Of a stretch of 64,000 bases of DNA, positions 25,638 through 35,155 are shown one piece after another. A program made the position numbers and the translations under genes. This DNA comes from a virus: IMG/VR virus record IMGVR_UViG_3300045988_179664, positions 22,072-86,071 of that record; one strand, 5' to 3'. Position 1 is the stretch's first letter, and every line of letters begins with the position of its first letter. Below the pieces are notes generated by a model that was not told the origin of the DNA, did no database searches, and saw only the letters and a program-made list of their open reading frames with translations.

Positions 25638-26983
25638 TCGTTTACCGGGAAAACCAGCGTCTTAGCGATTGTCTCGGCAAGGTCCTGAAACTCGCTCTCA
25701 ACGTGCTCCGGGATAAAACCGATAGCAGCTTCCCTCTTCAAAACGTCGATAGCCTTCGTAAACTGAGAACGGGTGTACGAATACCCCCAACGAAGACCAT
25801 CGGCGTTTTGCTGTAGAATTTCGCAAAGCGGGTCCAGCACAACAAACATGATTTCCTTCACGTTGTTTTCCGTGCAGATACGCATAGCCTCGATAGCTCC
25901 GGCAAAGCCGTACTCCCATTCATCGCTCGTGTGTCCACACATACCGTGGATGATTCGCTTGTCTCCCATATCTACCACGATACCGTAAGCGCCTTCACGC
26001 GTCTCGTCGTTGTAAACGCAAGTGAGGAATACATTCGTACGGAATGCATTCGAAGCCTTCATGGCGGAATCATATTTTGAACCACGGTCGCTCTTCATCG
26101 GAACAATGCCGGTAATAGAAAGCTTGTCTGTCTTAGGCTTCTCCATCTGCATACCGGACTGTCCACGAGCCATGATTGCACTATTCCCTTTCTGAGGAGA
26201 TTCTGTGCGCTGTGCAGGCTGTGAAACAGGCTTCTGAACGGGTTTCGCCTCTGGCTTCATTTCCGGTGCAGAAACCGTCTTATCCGTCACGGGCTTTTTA
26301 TCCTTAACCGGAATGACAGGAGGCTTGGGCTGTTCCGAAATCTGTTCGGAAACAGAAGGCTTTGCAATCACCGGAGCAACCTTCTTCTGTTCCAGTTCGG
26401 CATCTTTCGGCCCTTGTTCGTTTTCTTCCGTTTTGTTCAGAACCGTTTCAAAAACATGGAGCGCTTCCTTCGTTTTAGACTCGGTAGCCTCATTCTTGGA
26501 TTCGTCCTTTACAGGAAGAGATTCTTCTTTTACGGGTTCATCCTTTGTTGCAGGCTTGACGACGGGATTTGATTGCGGTTTCGGCTCTTTCTTAGCGGTG
26601 ACACCGAAAAGATTTGCGAGACGTTCTTCCTCTTTCTTCTTCCTTTCAGCTTCCTGCTTCTTGCGTTCTTCCGCAAGCTTACGTTCCTGCTCTGCCTTTT
26701 CGGCTTCTTCCTTTTCAATTTGCTTGCGCATCTTTGCGCGGCGAGCCTCCTCAATGCGCTTTGCTTCTTCTTCTTCTTTCTTTTTCTTTTCGAGATACTC
26801 AGAGTGAATCGGACGAGATGTCGTGGGAGCTGCTTGCAGAGGCTTCTTTGCTTCCACCTGTTCCCCCTTATTCTCCTCCTTCTTGAGTTTTTCCTTTTCT
26901 GCGGCATCAACTTTGCGCTGTGTCATATTGTTGAACAGCTTATTCAACGCCTCAGACTCGGCGATATAAGACTCCTTACTCAT
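25634..26983 (-). CDS. Protein of 449 aa with a Lys/Glu-rich coiled-coil and proline-rich N-terminal two-thirds and a C-terminal RNase H-like (RVT_3-like) domain.
   Basis: The C-terminus GAYGIVVDMGDKRIIHGMCGHTSDEWEYGFAGAIEAMRICTENNVKEIMFVVLDP resembles an RNase H-like fold. AAAGGAGG RBS. Confidence 0.45.
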   Translation of the reverse strand: MSKESYIAESEALNKLFNNMTQRKVDAAEKEKLKKEENKGEQVEAKKPLQAAPTTSRPIHSEYLEKKKKEEEEAKRIEEARRAKMRKQIEKEEAEKAEQERKLAEERKKQEAERKKKEEERLANLFGVTAKKEPKPQSNPVVKPATKDEPVKEESLPVKDESKNEATESKTKEALHVFETVLNKTEENEQGPKDAELEQKKVAPVIAKPSVSEQISEQPKPPVIPVKDKKPVTDKTVSAPEMKPEAKPVQKPVSQPAQRTESPQKGNSAIMARGQSGMQMEKPKTDKLSITGIVPMKSDRGSKYDSAMKASNAFRTNVFLTCVYNDETREGAYGIVVDMGDKRIIHGMCGHTSDEWEYGFAGAIEAMRICTENNVKEIMFVVLDPLCEILQQNADGLRWGYSYTRSQFTKAIDVLKREAAIGFIPEHVESEFQDLAETIAKTLVFPVND

Positions 26984-28646
26984 TACCGGTTGCCTCCTTT
27001 TTCGTGATGAGTGTATAGATTAACTCCTCTGTAAGAGGAATAGATGTAACATTGGGCAGATGCTCGAATCGAATACCACGAGCCTTACAAATCTGCTTCG
27101 CCTTTCCGTACAAAGAATGACTCATCTGTGTAACACGGAAAATAACAATGTCACTGTTTGCGATAAGCGCATCGCAGGTAGCCAGATTACACTGGTCAAC
27201 ATACGAGATGTCCGGCTGTGCATTACGAAGCATGTTGACAAAGTTCTGCTGTCCACCGCAGAAAACAATTTTCTTGTTCTTTGCCATCTGATTCAGCTCT
27301 TTATGATAGTCTATGACTTCTGTTTCCTGTTCACAGATACCTGCATCGGAATCATCAAAGTCATCAAACTCGGAAGTTTCTGGCCGAAGCTGAATGAGCT
27401 TTCGCTCTGCGTTCGCCAACAGCTTTTCCAGTTCATGGATTCTACTCTCGGCATCATCGTTCTTTTTGCGCAAAGCCGTTTCTCGTTTCATGGATGTGGC
27501 CTTGAAATCGTAAAGTTCTTTTTTGACCTTTTCCAGTTTGGCGTTTGTGCTTGCCTCAGCCACTTCCTTTTTGACTTCGGAAGCCTTTTGCTTTAGCTGC
27601 TCCTCGTATTTTTTGTTTTCGAGTTCGCGTTTTCTCAGCTTTCTCTGGTTATAGATTGTAGTGCTCTTTTCGAGAATTGCATTCTTTTGCTGCTTTTCTC
27701 CAAAAGAAGAAACAACATATTGCCAGACAAGAGCAATATAAGCATCACGAATTCCTCTGTCGATAGACGCTCTATGTACCATCTTTCTCGGGTCTACTGT
27801 GCAGCTCATTGCCATAATTGCGCAAATTCGCTCTTTCATTTTCTCCGTGATGGGGAACTTATAAAGCGAATGATGATTGACACCGATACTGGTGGAAATC
27901 CGGAAAGAACTCATACACATATCGATACGCGGACGACTGGACATATTTAACGGAGGCGCTGGAGCAACGCCATTCTTGACGGCTTGCGTAAAGAAATCCG
28001 CCATTTCCGGCATATCCCAGCTGTTACAGTCACTGTCGTATCGCAGCGCATAAATCATATCGCCGAGTGTGGCGACATCCCAGATATCGGACACTGCTTC
28101 TTTCACAAAGGCCATCATCGCTTCCGTGCCGCTGTCAGAGAAGGAGTTATCAAAATCTTTGACGATTTTCCTGATACTGTCTCCGTCCTTCACGGATGCT
28201 GCCTGAAAAATGTCCAATGCAGCCTTAAATCCACGCGTAATGGTTCTCTTACTCAAATCATTCTCGTGGAACATCTTTTCGAATAGCTTATCCGATTCGC
28301 CGTCGATTTTCTTTACAATCTGGTACAGCGTGGGATTCGTCTTATCGGCTTTGATGACCAGATACGAAAGGATGTCAAGTGCCGTATCTGTCAATCCATC
28401 ATTCCCTGCAAGAATGATGGTAAGGTCATTTTCGCCTTTAAGGATTTTCCTTTTCATCTTCTGGCAATCGTTGTCTGACTGAGCCAGTTCAATGATTTCC
28501 TTCCTCAAAGGGAAGCACTCGATTAGAAAAGCAATCCGCTGATACACAAAATCAACGGTGCTGATTTTAAATTCTTGCGGGAAATCCCTGATTTCAGCAA
28601 TATCATCAGGAATCACAAAGCCGTTAATCACATTCTGTGTAACCAA
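26976..28646 (-). CDS. Protein of 556 aa with an N-terminal unknown domain, a central coiled coil and a C-terminal DUF2325-like Rossmann-type domain.
   Basis: The C-terminus KKIVFCGGQQNFVNMLR...SDIVIFRVTQMSHSLYGKAKQICKARGIRFEHL resembles DUF2325. TTG start with GAAGGAG RBS. Confidence 0.45.
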   Translation of the reverse strand: MVTQNVINGFVIPDDIAEIRDFPQEFKISTVDFVYQRIAFLIECFPLRKEIIELAQSDNDCQKMKRKILKGENDLTIILAGNDGLTDTALDILSYLVIKADKTNPTLYQIVKKIDGESDKLFEKMFHENDLSKRTITRGFKAALDIFQAASVKDGDSIRKIVKDFDNSFSDSGTEAMMAFVKEAVSDIWDVATLGDMIYALRYDSDCNSWDMPEMADFFTQAVKNGVAPAPPLNMSSRPRIDMCMSSFRISTSIGVNHHSLYKFPITEKMKERICAIMAMSCTVDPRKMVHRASIDRGIRDAYIALVWQYVVSSFGEKQQKNAILEKSTTIYNQRKLRKRELENKKYEEQLKQKASEVKKEVAEASTNAKLEKVKKELYDFKATSMKRETALRKKNDDAESRIHELEKLLANAERKLIQLRPETSEFDDFDDSDAGICEQETEVIDYHKELNQMAKNKKIVFCGGQQNFVNMLRNAQPDISYVDQCNLATCDALIANSDIVIFRVTQMSHSLYGKAKQICKARGIRFEHLPNVTSIPLTEELIYTLITKKEATGNE

Positions 28647-28670
28647 GTTATCAACTCCTTCACCGGCAGT

Positions 28671-28952
28671 TTAAGTTCGATGAACTTTGTTTTTCATACA
28701 ACAAGGAAGGCAACAGACACCGTATGTGTTATTGCCCCACTCGCAATGCGCTCGACTACAAATAACACCGCGTTGGGCTTTGACGGTTTTCTTCTCTTCT
28801 TTCTTCTTTTCGATTTCGCCTTCCCGAAGAATGGTCTTTACTTCCTTTGTTGTGATACCATACTTTCTGGCAATCTGAACGACCGTTTTTCCTCCGTTGA
28901 ATTCCTCTACAGCCTGTTCATGTGTTACGCCACAGCCAAATTTTCCGTACAT
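28671..28952 (-). CDS. Small HTH protein of 93 aa with a Cys-rich C-terminus.
   Basis: TVVQIARKYGITTKEVKTIL is HTH-like. The C-terminus is CSRAHCEWGNNTYGVCCLPCC. Confidence 0.4.
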   Translation of the reverse strand: MYGKFGCGVTHEQAVEEFNGGKTVVQIARKYGITTKEVKTILREGEIEKKKEEKKTVKAQRGVICSRAHCEWGNNTYGVCCLPCCMKNKVHRT

Positions 28953-29036
28953 GATTTAACCCTCACTCTAAATACGGCAAAAAGGCCATGCGCTCTATTT
29001 CCTATAAGAAATGGCGGTATGGCCTGTTTGCCTCGC

Positions 29037-29555
29037 TTAAATAATCGAGAACTTACGCTTTTTGTTTGTGAACTCAACAATCATAGAAGGACGACGACTG
29101 CCGATAGTCTCTTTCCGATTCTCAGAGTCAATGAACAGATAAGGGTTCGTCATCTTGATTCTGGCAGGCAGAAACTTTACCCTTACTCCCTGCTGTCCAT
29201 AAATGTATCTCTGGAACCAGTCAGAGTCCGTAGAAACGGGTAAAAGCATGACGACCGTGGTATTCTTTTTCCTTGACTCCTCGTACGCCTTGCGCACCCA
29301 CAACTTAAAGGACTTATGCCCTGTCGGGGGATTGCAAAATACTGTTTCACCTTTCCAGTCCTGCAAGAGACCATCGACACGCTCCGTGTAATATTTCTTG
29401 CATTTATGATTTTTGTCCGATGCAGCCGCATCCAGAGTGAAACCGTATTCCTTGTTCAGGTCATCGAAAAGCCCCTGAGGCGTCTCCCATTCCTGTTTGT
29501 GAGTATTCTTGACTGCATAAGTCTTATCCGTTGTTTTCGTTTCTACGCTGTTCAT
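29037..29555 (-). CDS. Phage-type DNA N6-adenine methyltransferase (Dam family, about 170-aa class).
   Basis: QEWETPQGLFDDLNKEYGFTLDAAAS plus the motif IV-like FCNPPTG. The size is typical. The motif reads NPPT rather than NPP followed by Y, F or W. Confidence 0.6.
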   Translation of the reverse strand: MNSVETKTTDKTYAVKNTHKQEWETPQGLFDDLNKEYGFTLDAAASDKNHKCKKYYTERVDGLLQDWKGETVFCNPPTGHKSFKLWVRKAYEESRKKNTTVVMLLPVSTDSDWFQRYIYGQQGVRVKFLPARIKMTNPYLFIDSENRKETIGSRRPSMIVEFTNKKRKFSII

Positions 29556-29584
29556 GGCAATCTTCCCCTTACGATTGATGATGT

Positions 29585-30223
29585 TTATTTCGTGGCTTTT
29601 GGGCCTTTTAAAAGCCCCTTGGTTCTGAGAATGTTCCGCACATATGCAAGGCGTCTTCTGCCAAAGCCATGTGCATTCTGCTTACTTTTGTTTTCGGCAT
29701 AAGCCATATCAGAATACTTGATGCCGTCTTTGTAATGCTTCAAGAGATAATCTGTAACAGTCGTATCTCTGATTGCAAGAATAGCATCGACAATTCTCGC
29801 TTCTTCTTTTTTCGAATAAGGATAATCGTCGATGTTATACCTGACCCCGTCCAGCCCGCAAATGATATTCACGGGCCAACCCTTGCGGAAGGCAATGTTT
29901 GCTTCGCGGATATTCCGTTCTGTCATGACATCGCCGGTCTTATCTCTTCTGTGCCTGTACAATGTTCGCTGCGCACAGGCTTTGCATACACCCCGCGCAT
30001 ATATGATAGAAAGCCTATTACAAATAGGGCATTCTTCGATTCGGACATGTTTTCCGGACTTAACGGTTTGATAATCCAATCCGTTGATGTAAGTCTTGTT
30101 GTTAAAGGTGATTGTTTCTGCACCCTTATATTCAGGGAACTCATCTCCTGTATAAATTCCCTTCATCTCTGCGGGGAGAGTATCTGCGTCGCTTTGAAGT
30201 ACGTAGAATTTCTTTTTGCTCAT
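29585..30223 (-). CDS. Hypothetical protein of 212 aa with a CPICN...CKAC zinc ribbon.
   Basis: ORF only. Confidence 0.45.
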   Translation of the reverse strand: MSKKKFYVLQSDADTLPAEMKGIYTGDEFPEYKGAETITFNNKTYINGLDYQTVKSGKHVRIEECPICNRLSIIYARGVCKACAQRTLYRHRRDKTGDVMTERNIREANIAFRKGWPVNIICGLDGVRYNIDDYPYSKKEEARIVDAILAIRDTTVTDYLLKHYKDGIKYSDMAYAENKSKQNAHGFGRRRLAYVRNILRTKGLLKGPKATK

Positions 30224-30242
30224 GGTCTACCACCGTTTCTGT

Positions 30243-30962
30243 TTATCCTGCGATGCTGCTTTCAGCAACCTCGAATGGCTTTACATCAACAAGCCTTACA
30301 GAAACAATGGTAGCAAGCAGGTCTTTGGTGCTATTGAAGATGATGTTCTTCTTCTCGCCAAAGGTATCATAGAACTGAGCAGAGCAGCGATTCGGATTGT
30401 CATCGGTATCCAGCATTTTGAATCCGCTCTCTCCTCTGCACAGCATCGTGGTAATATAACTACCCATGTTGCAGAAGAAATCGGTTGTAGTGAACCGGAA
30501 TACCGGAGGCGTTTTCTTACGGATGGTGATGTACCGCTCGTAAAGCTCTCCGTTGATTTCCGTAACCATCAGAAGTTCAAAGGTACAGATGAACTGCCCT
30601 GCTGTCGGTGACGGAATTCCGTGCGTAGGAGTTCCCTTGTGCTGCGCCGCACTCTCCGCCTCGTACATGATTCCGTACTGTGTAACGTTGACGGTGCCGA
30701 GATTGTCAATCTTCTTGACAGTCTGATGTTTGACGAGATAGCCGTCGTACATAAGACGGTCAATAATTCTCTCGCCCTTGGCTTTCAGATTGTCGCCCTC
30801 AATCGTTGAAACGACTTCGTCAGAACCCTCGTACTGATAGCCAACGACACGACCAAAACATGCAGGCGCATCGTTTTCACTTTCTACTTTCAGGGACATA
30901 ACTGACCCGAAAGGGCAATACTCCGGAATTCTTTTCTTTGCTACATAACGTTTTTCTACCAT
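30243..30962 (-). CDS. Hypothetical protein of 239 aa.
   Basis: ORF driven by the class-1 promoter at 31127-31155. Confidence 0.45.
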   Translation of the reverse strand: MVEKRYVAKKRIPEYCPFGSVMSLKVESENDAPACFGRVVGYQYEGSDEVVSTIEGDNLKAKGERIIDRLMYDGYLVKHQTVKKIDNLGTVNVTQYGIMYEAESAAQHKGTPTHGIPSPTAGQFICTFELLMVTEINGELYERYITIRKKTPPVFRFTTTDFFCNMGSYITTMLCRGESGFKMLDTDDNPNRCSAQFYDTFGEKKNIIFNSTKDLLATIVSVRLVDVKPFEVAESSIAG

Positions 30963-31126
30963 TGAATCTGTCCCCCGTGTTTGCTTGTTGATTCGTATGA
31001 TATTGCCTATTTATTCTAATATAGTCAACATCAAAAAACTGCGTAAAAAATCGCACAGATGTTCTTCTGCGCTGTTCCACCATAGAAATATCACCGATAT
31101 TCCCTGTTCATCTTGAACATATCTAT

Positions 31127-31155
31127 ATTATACCACATTAAAACAAGGTAGTCAA
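31127..31155 (-). promoter_or_regulatory. Class-1 promoter with TTGACT, 17-nt spacer and TGTGG-TATAAT.
   Basis: The minus strand reads TTGACTaccttgttttaatgTGGTATAAT. Confidence 0.55.
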
Positions 31156-31223
31156 CGACAAAAACCGTCGCAAATGTTAGTTTTCGCATTTACGACGGCT
31201 GAAGTTATATTTTTTTGAGCAAA

Positions 31224-32759
31224 TTATTTTATGTCGCTTGTGTTTTCGTCAGGTTCGATATGTGTATTGTCATCAGCCTTCTCGATTACAGGCAAACCGT
31301 GAATTTTGATATTGCGGTCAGTCTTAGCATTGATACTGTTCGCACGAACGATATCGGCCATATCGATACCGGTAGCTTCCTTGACGGTCTGCATGGTCTG
31401 TGCCATCAGCACGGGAACATTCCCAGACACGCCGGAAACGCCAGATGCATCGCCGCCGATGATAGATACCTTATCGATTGCGGACAAGGGCTGAGCCACA
31501 TTCTTAGCAATATCAGGCAGGACCTTGATAAGCATTTCAGCGACAGCGGCATCGTTGTACTGCTTGTAAGCCTCCGCCTTTTGCTTCATAGCTTCGGCTT
31601 CAGCAATACCCTTCTGACGGATAGCCTCAGCTTCTGCCTTACCTACAAGGGCAATACCTTCGGCTTCCTGCTGCTTTGCAAATTTCTGAGCCTCAGCAGC
31701 GCGTTCGGCTTCGTATTTTTTTGCTTCTGCTTCTTTTTGGCGTTTATACAATTCGGCATCCGCAGCTTTGCGAACCTCTGCATCCAGTTTTCTCTGCTGA
31801 ACCTCGGCTTCCTGTGCAGCAAGGTCGACCATCTTCTTCTGCTTTGCGATTTCCGCATCAGCTTCGGCTTCTTTGATTTCCTTGGCGCGAAGATTTGTCT
31901 GAATCTGTCCTGCAGCGTTGGCATCAGCAGCAGCCTTGTCAGCCTCGGCCTTCAATTTGGCCTTTGCCAGCTGCAATTCATTGTTGCGCTGTGCAATAGC
32001 AGTCTGGGCTTCAACTTCCTTTTCATTGGCTGCCATTTCAGCGTCAGCCTTTGCGCGAGCAATATCACGAGCGGCTTCGGCACGAGCAATCTCTGCGCGT
32101 TTCTTGACGGCTTCTTCCTGCTCAATACCAATAGCCTCAATGACGCCGTGATTGTGACCTTGCGCATCGACGGCGTCTTTTACATCCTGCACATTGAAGG
32201 TCACAACTTCGAGGCCCATCTTTGCAAGGTCAGGACGGGCATTTTCGATTACTGACAGCGCCATTTGTTTACGATTTGTGAGAATCTGGTCAACCGTCAT
32301 ATCCGAAACGATTTCGCGCAGGTTGCCTTGCAAGACATCATTTACTTTGTCATTGATGCCTTTTTCGTCCATGCCAAGGAAGTTCGAAATAGCCGACTGC
32401 TGACGACCCGTAATATATTCCTTGACATCCTTTGCACCAGATGCCTGAACCTCAGAGTCGAGAACAGTAGAATTATCGCTGTATACCTGAATCGTTACAA
32501 CAGAATCAATCCAGAGCGATACGCCTTCTTTTGTCTTGACACCTGTCTCAGGGGTTTTGACATCAATTTTCAGAAGACGCATATTCAACTTATCTGCACG
32601 CTGCAGCACAGGGATGACGAATGTACCCTTTCCGCAAACGACCTTGGGCTTTTTCAAGCCGAATCCAGTCACAACGATGGCTGCTGTGGGAGGCGCTTTT
32701 TTGTAGCATGTGAATGCGAACAAAACAAACAATACGACAATGATGATTCCTAAAAACAT
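31224..32759 (-). CDS. Flotillin-like SPFH/band-7 protein (FloT/YuaG-like).
   Basis: N-terminal TM, an SPFH domain, then a long Ala/Glu-rich coiled-coil region (EAEA repeats). 511 aa, as in B. subtilis FloT. Confidence 0.8.
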   Translation of the reverse strand: MFLGIIIVVLFVLFAFTCYKKAPPTAAIVVTGFGLKKPKVVCGKGTFVIPVLQRADKLNMRLLKIDVKTPETGVKTKEGVSLWIDSVVTIQVYSDNSTVLDSEVQASGAKDVKEYITGRQQSAISNFLGMDEKGINDKVNDVLQGNLREIVSDMTVDQILTNRKQMALSVIENARPDLAKMGLEVVTFNVQDVKDAVDAQGHNHGVIEAIGIEQEEAVKKRAEIARAEAARDIARAKADAEMAANEKEVEAQTAIAQRNNELQLAKAKLKAEADKAAADANAAGQIQTNLRAKEIKEAEADAEIAKQKKMVDLAAQEAEVQQRKLDAEVRKAADAELYKRQKEAEAKKYEAERAAEAQKFAKQQEAEGIALVGKAEAEAIRQKGIAEAEAMKQKAEAYKQYNDAAVAEMLIKVLPDIAKNVAQPLSAIDKVSIIGGDASGVSGVSGNVPVLMAQTMQTVKEATGIDMADIVRANSINAKTDRNIKIHGLPVIEKADDNTHIEPDENTSDIK

Positions 32760-32774
32760 GGTATACTCCTTTTC

Positions 32775-33005
32775 TTATCTGCAATGGGATTTGCAATACT
32801 TTGACACTTTGCTGGCGACCTCTTTCTTGAATGCATATTCATCACATTGTGCCAAACGCATTTTATATATCTCCTGTTGTTTGGCAACACGAGCCGAATA
32901 GCCTTCGCATACGGAATGACATCCAGCTTTGCGATGTAGGCATTGATAACAGGTTCTAAAAATGTCGTGTTCGCTCGCACTTCCAGTATTGCTGTTCGAT
33001 GTCAT
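32775..33005 (-). CDS. Small Cys-rich protein of 76 aa.
   Basis: ORF upstream of and co-oriented with the flotillin gene. Driven by the class-1 promoter at 33044-33072. Confidence 0.35.
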   Translation of the reverse strand: MTSNSNTGSASEHDIFRTCYQCLHRKAGCHSVCEGYSARVAKQQEIYKMRLAQCDEYAFKKEVASKVSKYCKSHCR

Positions 33006-33043
33006 AAATGGAATTCCCCCTGTCTTTCCAATTGATATATTAT

Positions 33044-33072
33044 ATTATACCACAAATAAGCAAAAGAATCAA
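33044..33072 (-). promoter_or_regulatory. Class-1 promoter with TTGATT, 17-nt spacer and TGTGG-TATAAT.
   Basis: The minus strand reads TTGATTcttttgcttatttgTGGTATAAT. Confidence 0.5.
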
Positions 33073-33079
33073 TTAAAAA

Positions 33080-33105
33080 GGCGAGCAAGATACTTCTCGC
33101 TCGCC
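33080..33105. terminator. Bidirectional rho-independent terminator (GGCGAGC-N12-GCTCGCC with T-runs on both sides).
   Basis: Perfect 7-bp GC stem. TTTTTAATT on the minus side terminates the 34212-33124 gene. Confidence 0.55.
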
Positions 33106-33123
33106 TTCTGCTTTTCTGTGTTG

Positions 33124-34212
33124 TTAGATTTCTTCGCTGCCTTCGCTATCTTCTTCTTTGCGACTATCCTTAGAGAACCCAACAAAACCGCATGCGCCTG
33201 CGGAAATTCCGAAGATTACTGCCATGATGGGCATGATGAGTCTGTTTCGATATACAGCGCCTACAATGAAATTGGCGTTAGCTACCTGCTCCAACACATA
33301 GTGCGCAATCGCGCAAATCGTAAGTTCAGAAGCGTTACCGAACGATTCATCAAGACCGATGCTGAGCAACGACATGGAATAGGTTGCGCTGGCTACATAC
33401 TTAATTTCGATAGGTGCAGCGGTTTCATATACAGCTACATAACTCTTGCCGGTATTCTTTTGACCGTAGATAGACAGTGTGCGGTAGAATCCGCCTTCTG
33501 CCCTTGCTACTGGGTCGCTTGTCCACTTACCGCCTGTGATTTTATAGGAATCACTGTTCAGACCGATGGCAGACATCAAATCGCTCTTATAACCATCCCA
33601 AAGCGGTGTGGCGGGATTGTATGTGTGGACTTTTCCGAGATAGACATATGCGGTGGCACCTTCCGGAATTACGACTTGTCCATCAATCGTGAAATCGACC
33701 CATGTATCGGTGTCCTCGACTTCATTGACCTCTTTCAGAACGCCTTCAACTTCCGTACCATCATCAAGAGTGAAGGTCTTGTTTTGCGGGGCGTTCGGTT
33801 TCTTGTCTTCGCCCTTATACTCTACTGTCATTTCTGTGGGAATATCGGCTTGCTCTTCCGTGTACTGAACATCTTCGAGCGGCAATTCATACTGTTCTCC
33901 GCCCAGCGTTACAGTATAGGTCTGAGGAACTTCTTTTACAGTCAAATCCGTATATTCTACGGTTTCTTGATACTTGGTATTGAGTTCCCTTTGCTGATAA
34001 TCTACGCTGTCTTCGTCGAGGACATAGGTATTACCGTTCTCCTCAATTTCCTTCGGAAGAGGATTGGCATCGACTTCTTCTTGGTCCTTGTAATTGAACT
34101 CACGAGTGATATCAATATCAATATCACCAAGAGAAGTCAACGCTTGTGTAGAAATACATCCTACACAAAGCAGCGCACTTACAAAAGCAAGCACTCTCAT
34201 TACATTTTTCAT
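33124..34212 (-). CDS. Secreted protein of about 362 aa with a signal peptide and a C-terminal hydrophobic anchor plus acidic tail. No N-x-K-T-G motif.
   Basis: Signal MKNVMRVLAFVSALLCVGCISTQA. C-terminus IMPIMAVIFGISAGACGFVGF + SKDSRKEEDSEGSEEI. The start was chosen downstream of class-2 promoter E. Confidence 0.5.
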   Translation of the reverse strand: MKNVMRVLAFVSALLCVGCISTQALTSLGDIDIDITREFNYKDQEEVDANPLPKEIEENGNTYVLDEDSVDYQQRELNTKYQETVEYTDLTVKEVPQTYTVTLGGEQYELPLEDVQYTEEQADIPTEMTVEYKGEDKKPNAPQNKTFTLDDGTEVEGVLKEVNEVEDTDTWVDFTIDGQVVIPEGATAYVYLGKVHTYNPATPLWDGYKSDLMSAIGLNSDSYKITGGKWTSDPVARAEGGFYRTLSIYGQKNTGKSYVAVYETAAPIEIKYVASATYSMSLLSIGLDESFGNASELTICAIAHYVLEQVANANFIVGAVYRNRLIMPIMAVIFGISAGACGFVGFSKDSRKEEDSEGSEEI

Positions 34213-34276
34213 AGCTTTTTTGGGCGTCTTAGCAGCTTGTCTGCCTGTACGCCGCCTCCTTTCGAATTCTCCTTTT

Positions 34277-34304
34277 ATTGTATCTACTTTGCAGCAAATA
34301 GCAA
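34277..34304 (-). promoter_or_regulatory. Class-2 promoter E. It has -35 TTGCTA, spacer TTTGCTGCAAAGTAGA and -10 TACAAT.
   Basis: Member of the motif family. Confidence 0.5.
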
Positions 34305-34351
34305 AGAAAAAAGCCGAGCGGCTTATCACCGCTCGGCATCCCCATCACATA

Positions 34352-34906
34352 TCAATCTTCATCGACGTCTTCGTTGACAGTCGTGTTTACTCGTTCCTCT
34401 TTCGGAATGTACTTAGGTGTGGGCTCACAACGACATTTGAGTACATATTCACTATCGCCAAACGCAAGTTCCTTTAATGCTAACGGATAGGCAAAAAACA
34501 GCTTCTTGGCAAATGCTTCATCCTTATCAAACGCTTTTGCCAGTTTCTTGTAGAAGAACCAGCAATAAGCAGACAATGCAAGAGTGTAAGCAATAGAATC
34601 AAACTGAAACATCGTGAATCCAGTTCCCAACTCAACATGGTTCATAAAATACCATACCCAAAGCCAAGACGGAACACACTGAATGATAGAGCCTACACCG
34701 TATACCAGTGGATACACGCCATAGGTACCATAGGCGAAAATGAGCGGAGAAGCTCCCTTCTTATATGCCTTATAGGACATTTTCATAACACAAACAAAAA
34801 TAAAAAGAAGTGTTACGGTAGTCAGCAGATTAGCAATGAAGTGTAAGAAGCCAAGCCCCTTCGTACAAAGATGTAAAGTCAATCCTAAATAAAGAATAAT
34901 CGGCAT
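34352..34906 (-). CDS. Polytopic membrane protein of about 184 aa.
   Basis: The ATG at 34906 with GAGGAGG 7 nt upstream is preferred over 34912. Class-1 promoter at 34929-34957. Confidence 0.45.
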   Translation of the reverse strand: MPIILYLGLTLHLCTKGLGFLHFIANLLTTVTLLFIFVCVMKMSYKAYKKGASPLIFAYGTYGVYPLVYGVGSIIQCVPSWLWVWYFMNHVELGTGFTMFQFDSIAYTLALSAYCWFFYKKLAKAFDKDEAFAKKLFFAYPLALKELAFGDSEYVLKCRCEPTPKYIPKEERVNTTVNEDVDED

Positions 34907-34928
34907 TTTCATTCCTCCTCTTTTCTAT

Positions 34929-34957
34929 ATTATACCACATTTTGCCTTAATGGTCAA
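34929..34957 (-). promoter_or_regulatory. Class-1 promoter with TTGACC, 17-nt spacer and TGTGG-TATAAT.
   Basis: The minus strand reads TTGACCattaaggcaaaaTGTGGTATAAT. Confidence 0.55.
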
Positions 34958-35155
34958 CTTGTATAATACAAAAAAAGATAGCCACCCATTTCTGAGCGGC
35001 TATCTGAAGGTTTGAGGTCCGCATTCAGTGCCTAAACACTGTTTTGCTTCCCTGATGACTGGTTTTATCGTTGCTCGCCAACCGCAGGTCTATACATCCT
35101 GCATCGCACTTTGAGAAAATAATCGAGTTTATGTGCCAGCCTCACAAGGCGTCTT

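Noticed and set aside
21392-30962. Intact prophage.
   Set aside because: No integrase, terminase, capsid, tail or lysis genes were seen. Only regulatory, partition and methyltransferase-type functions are present.
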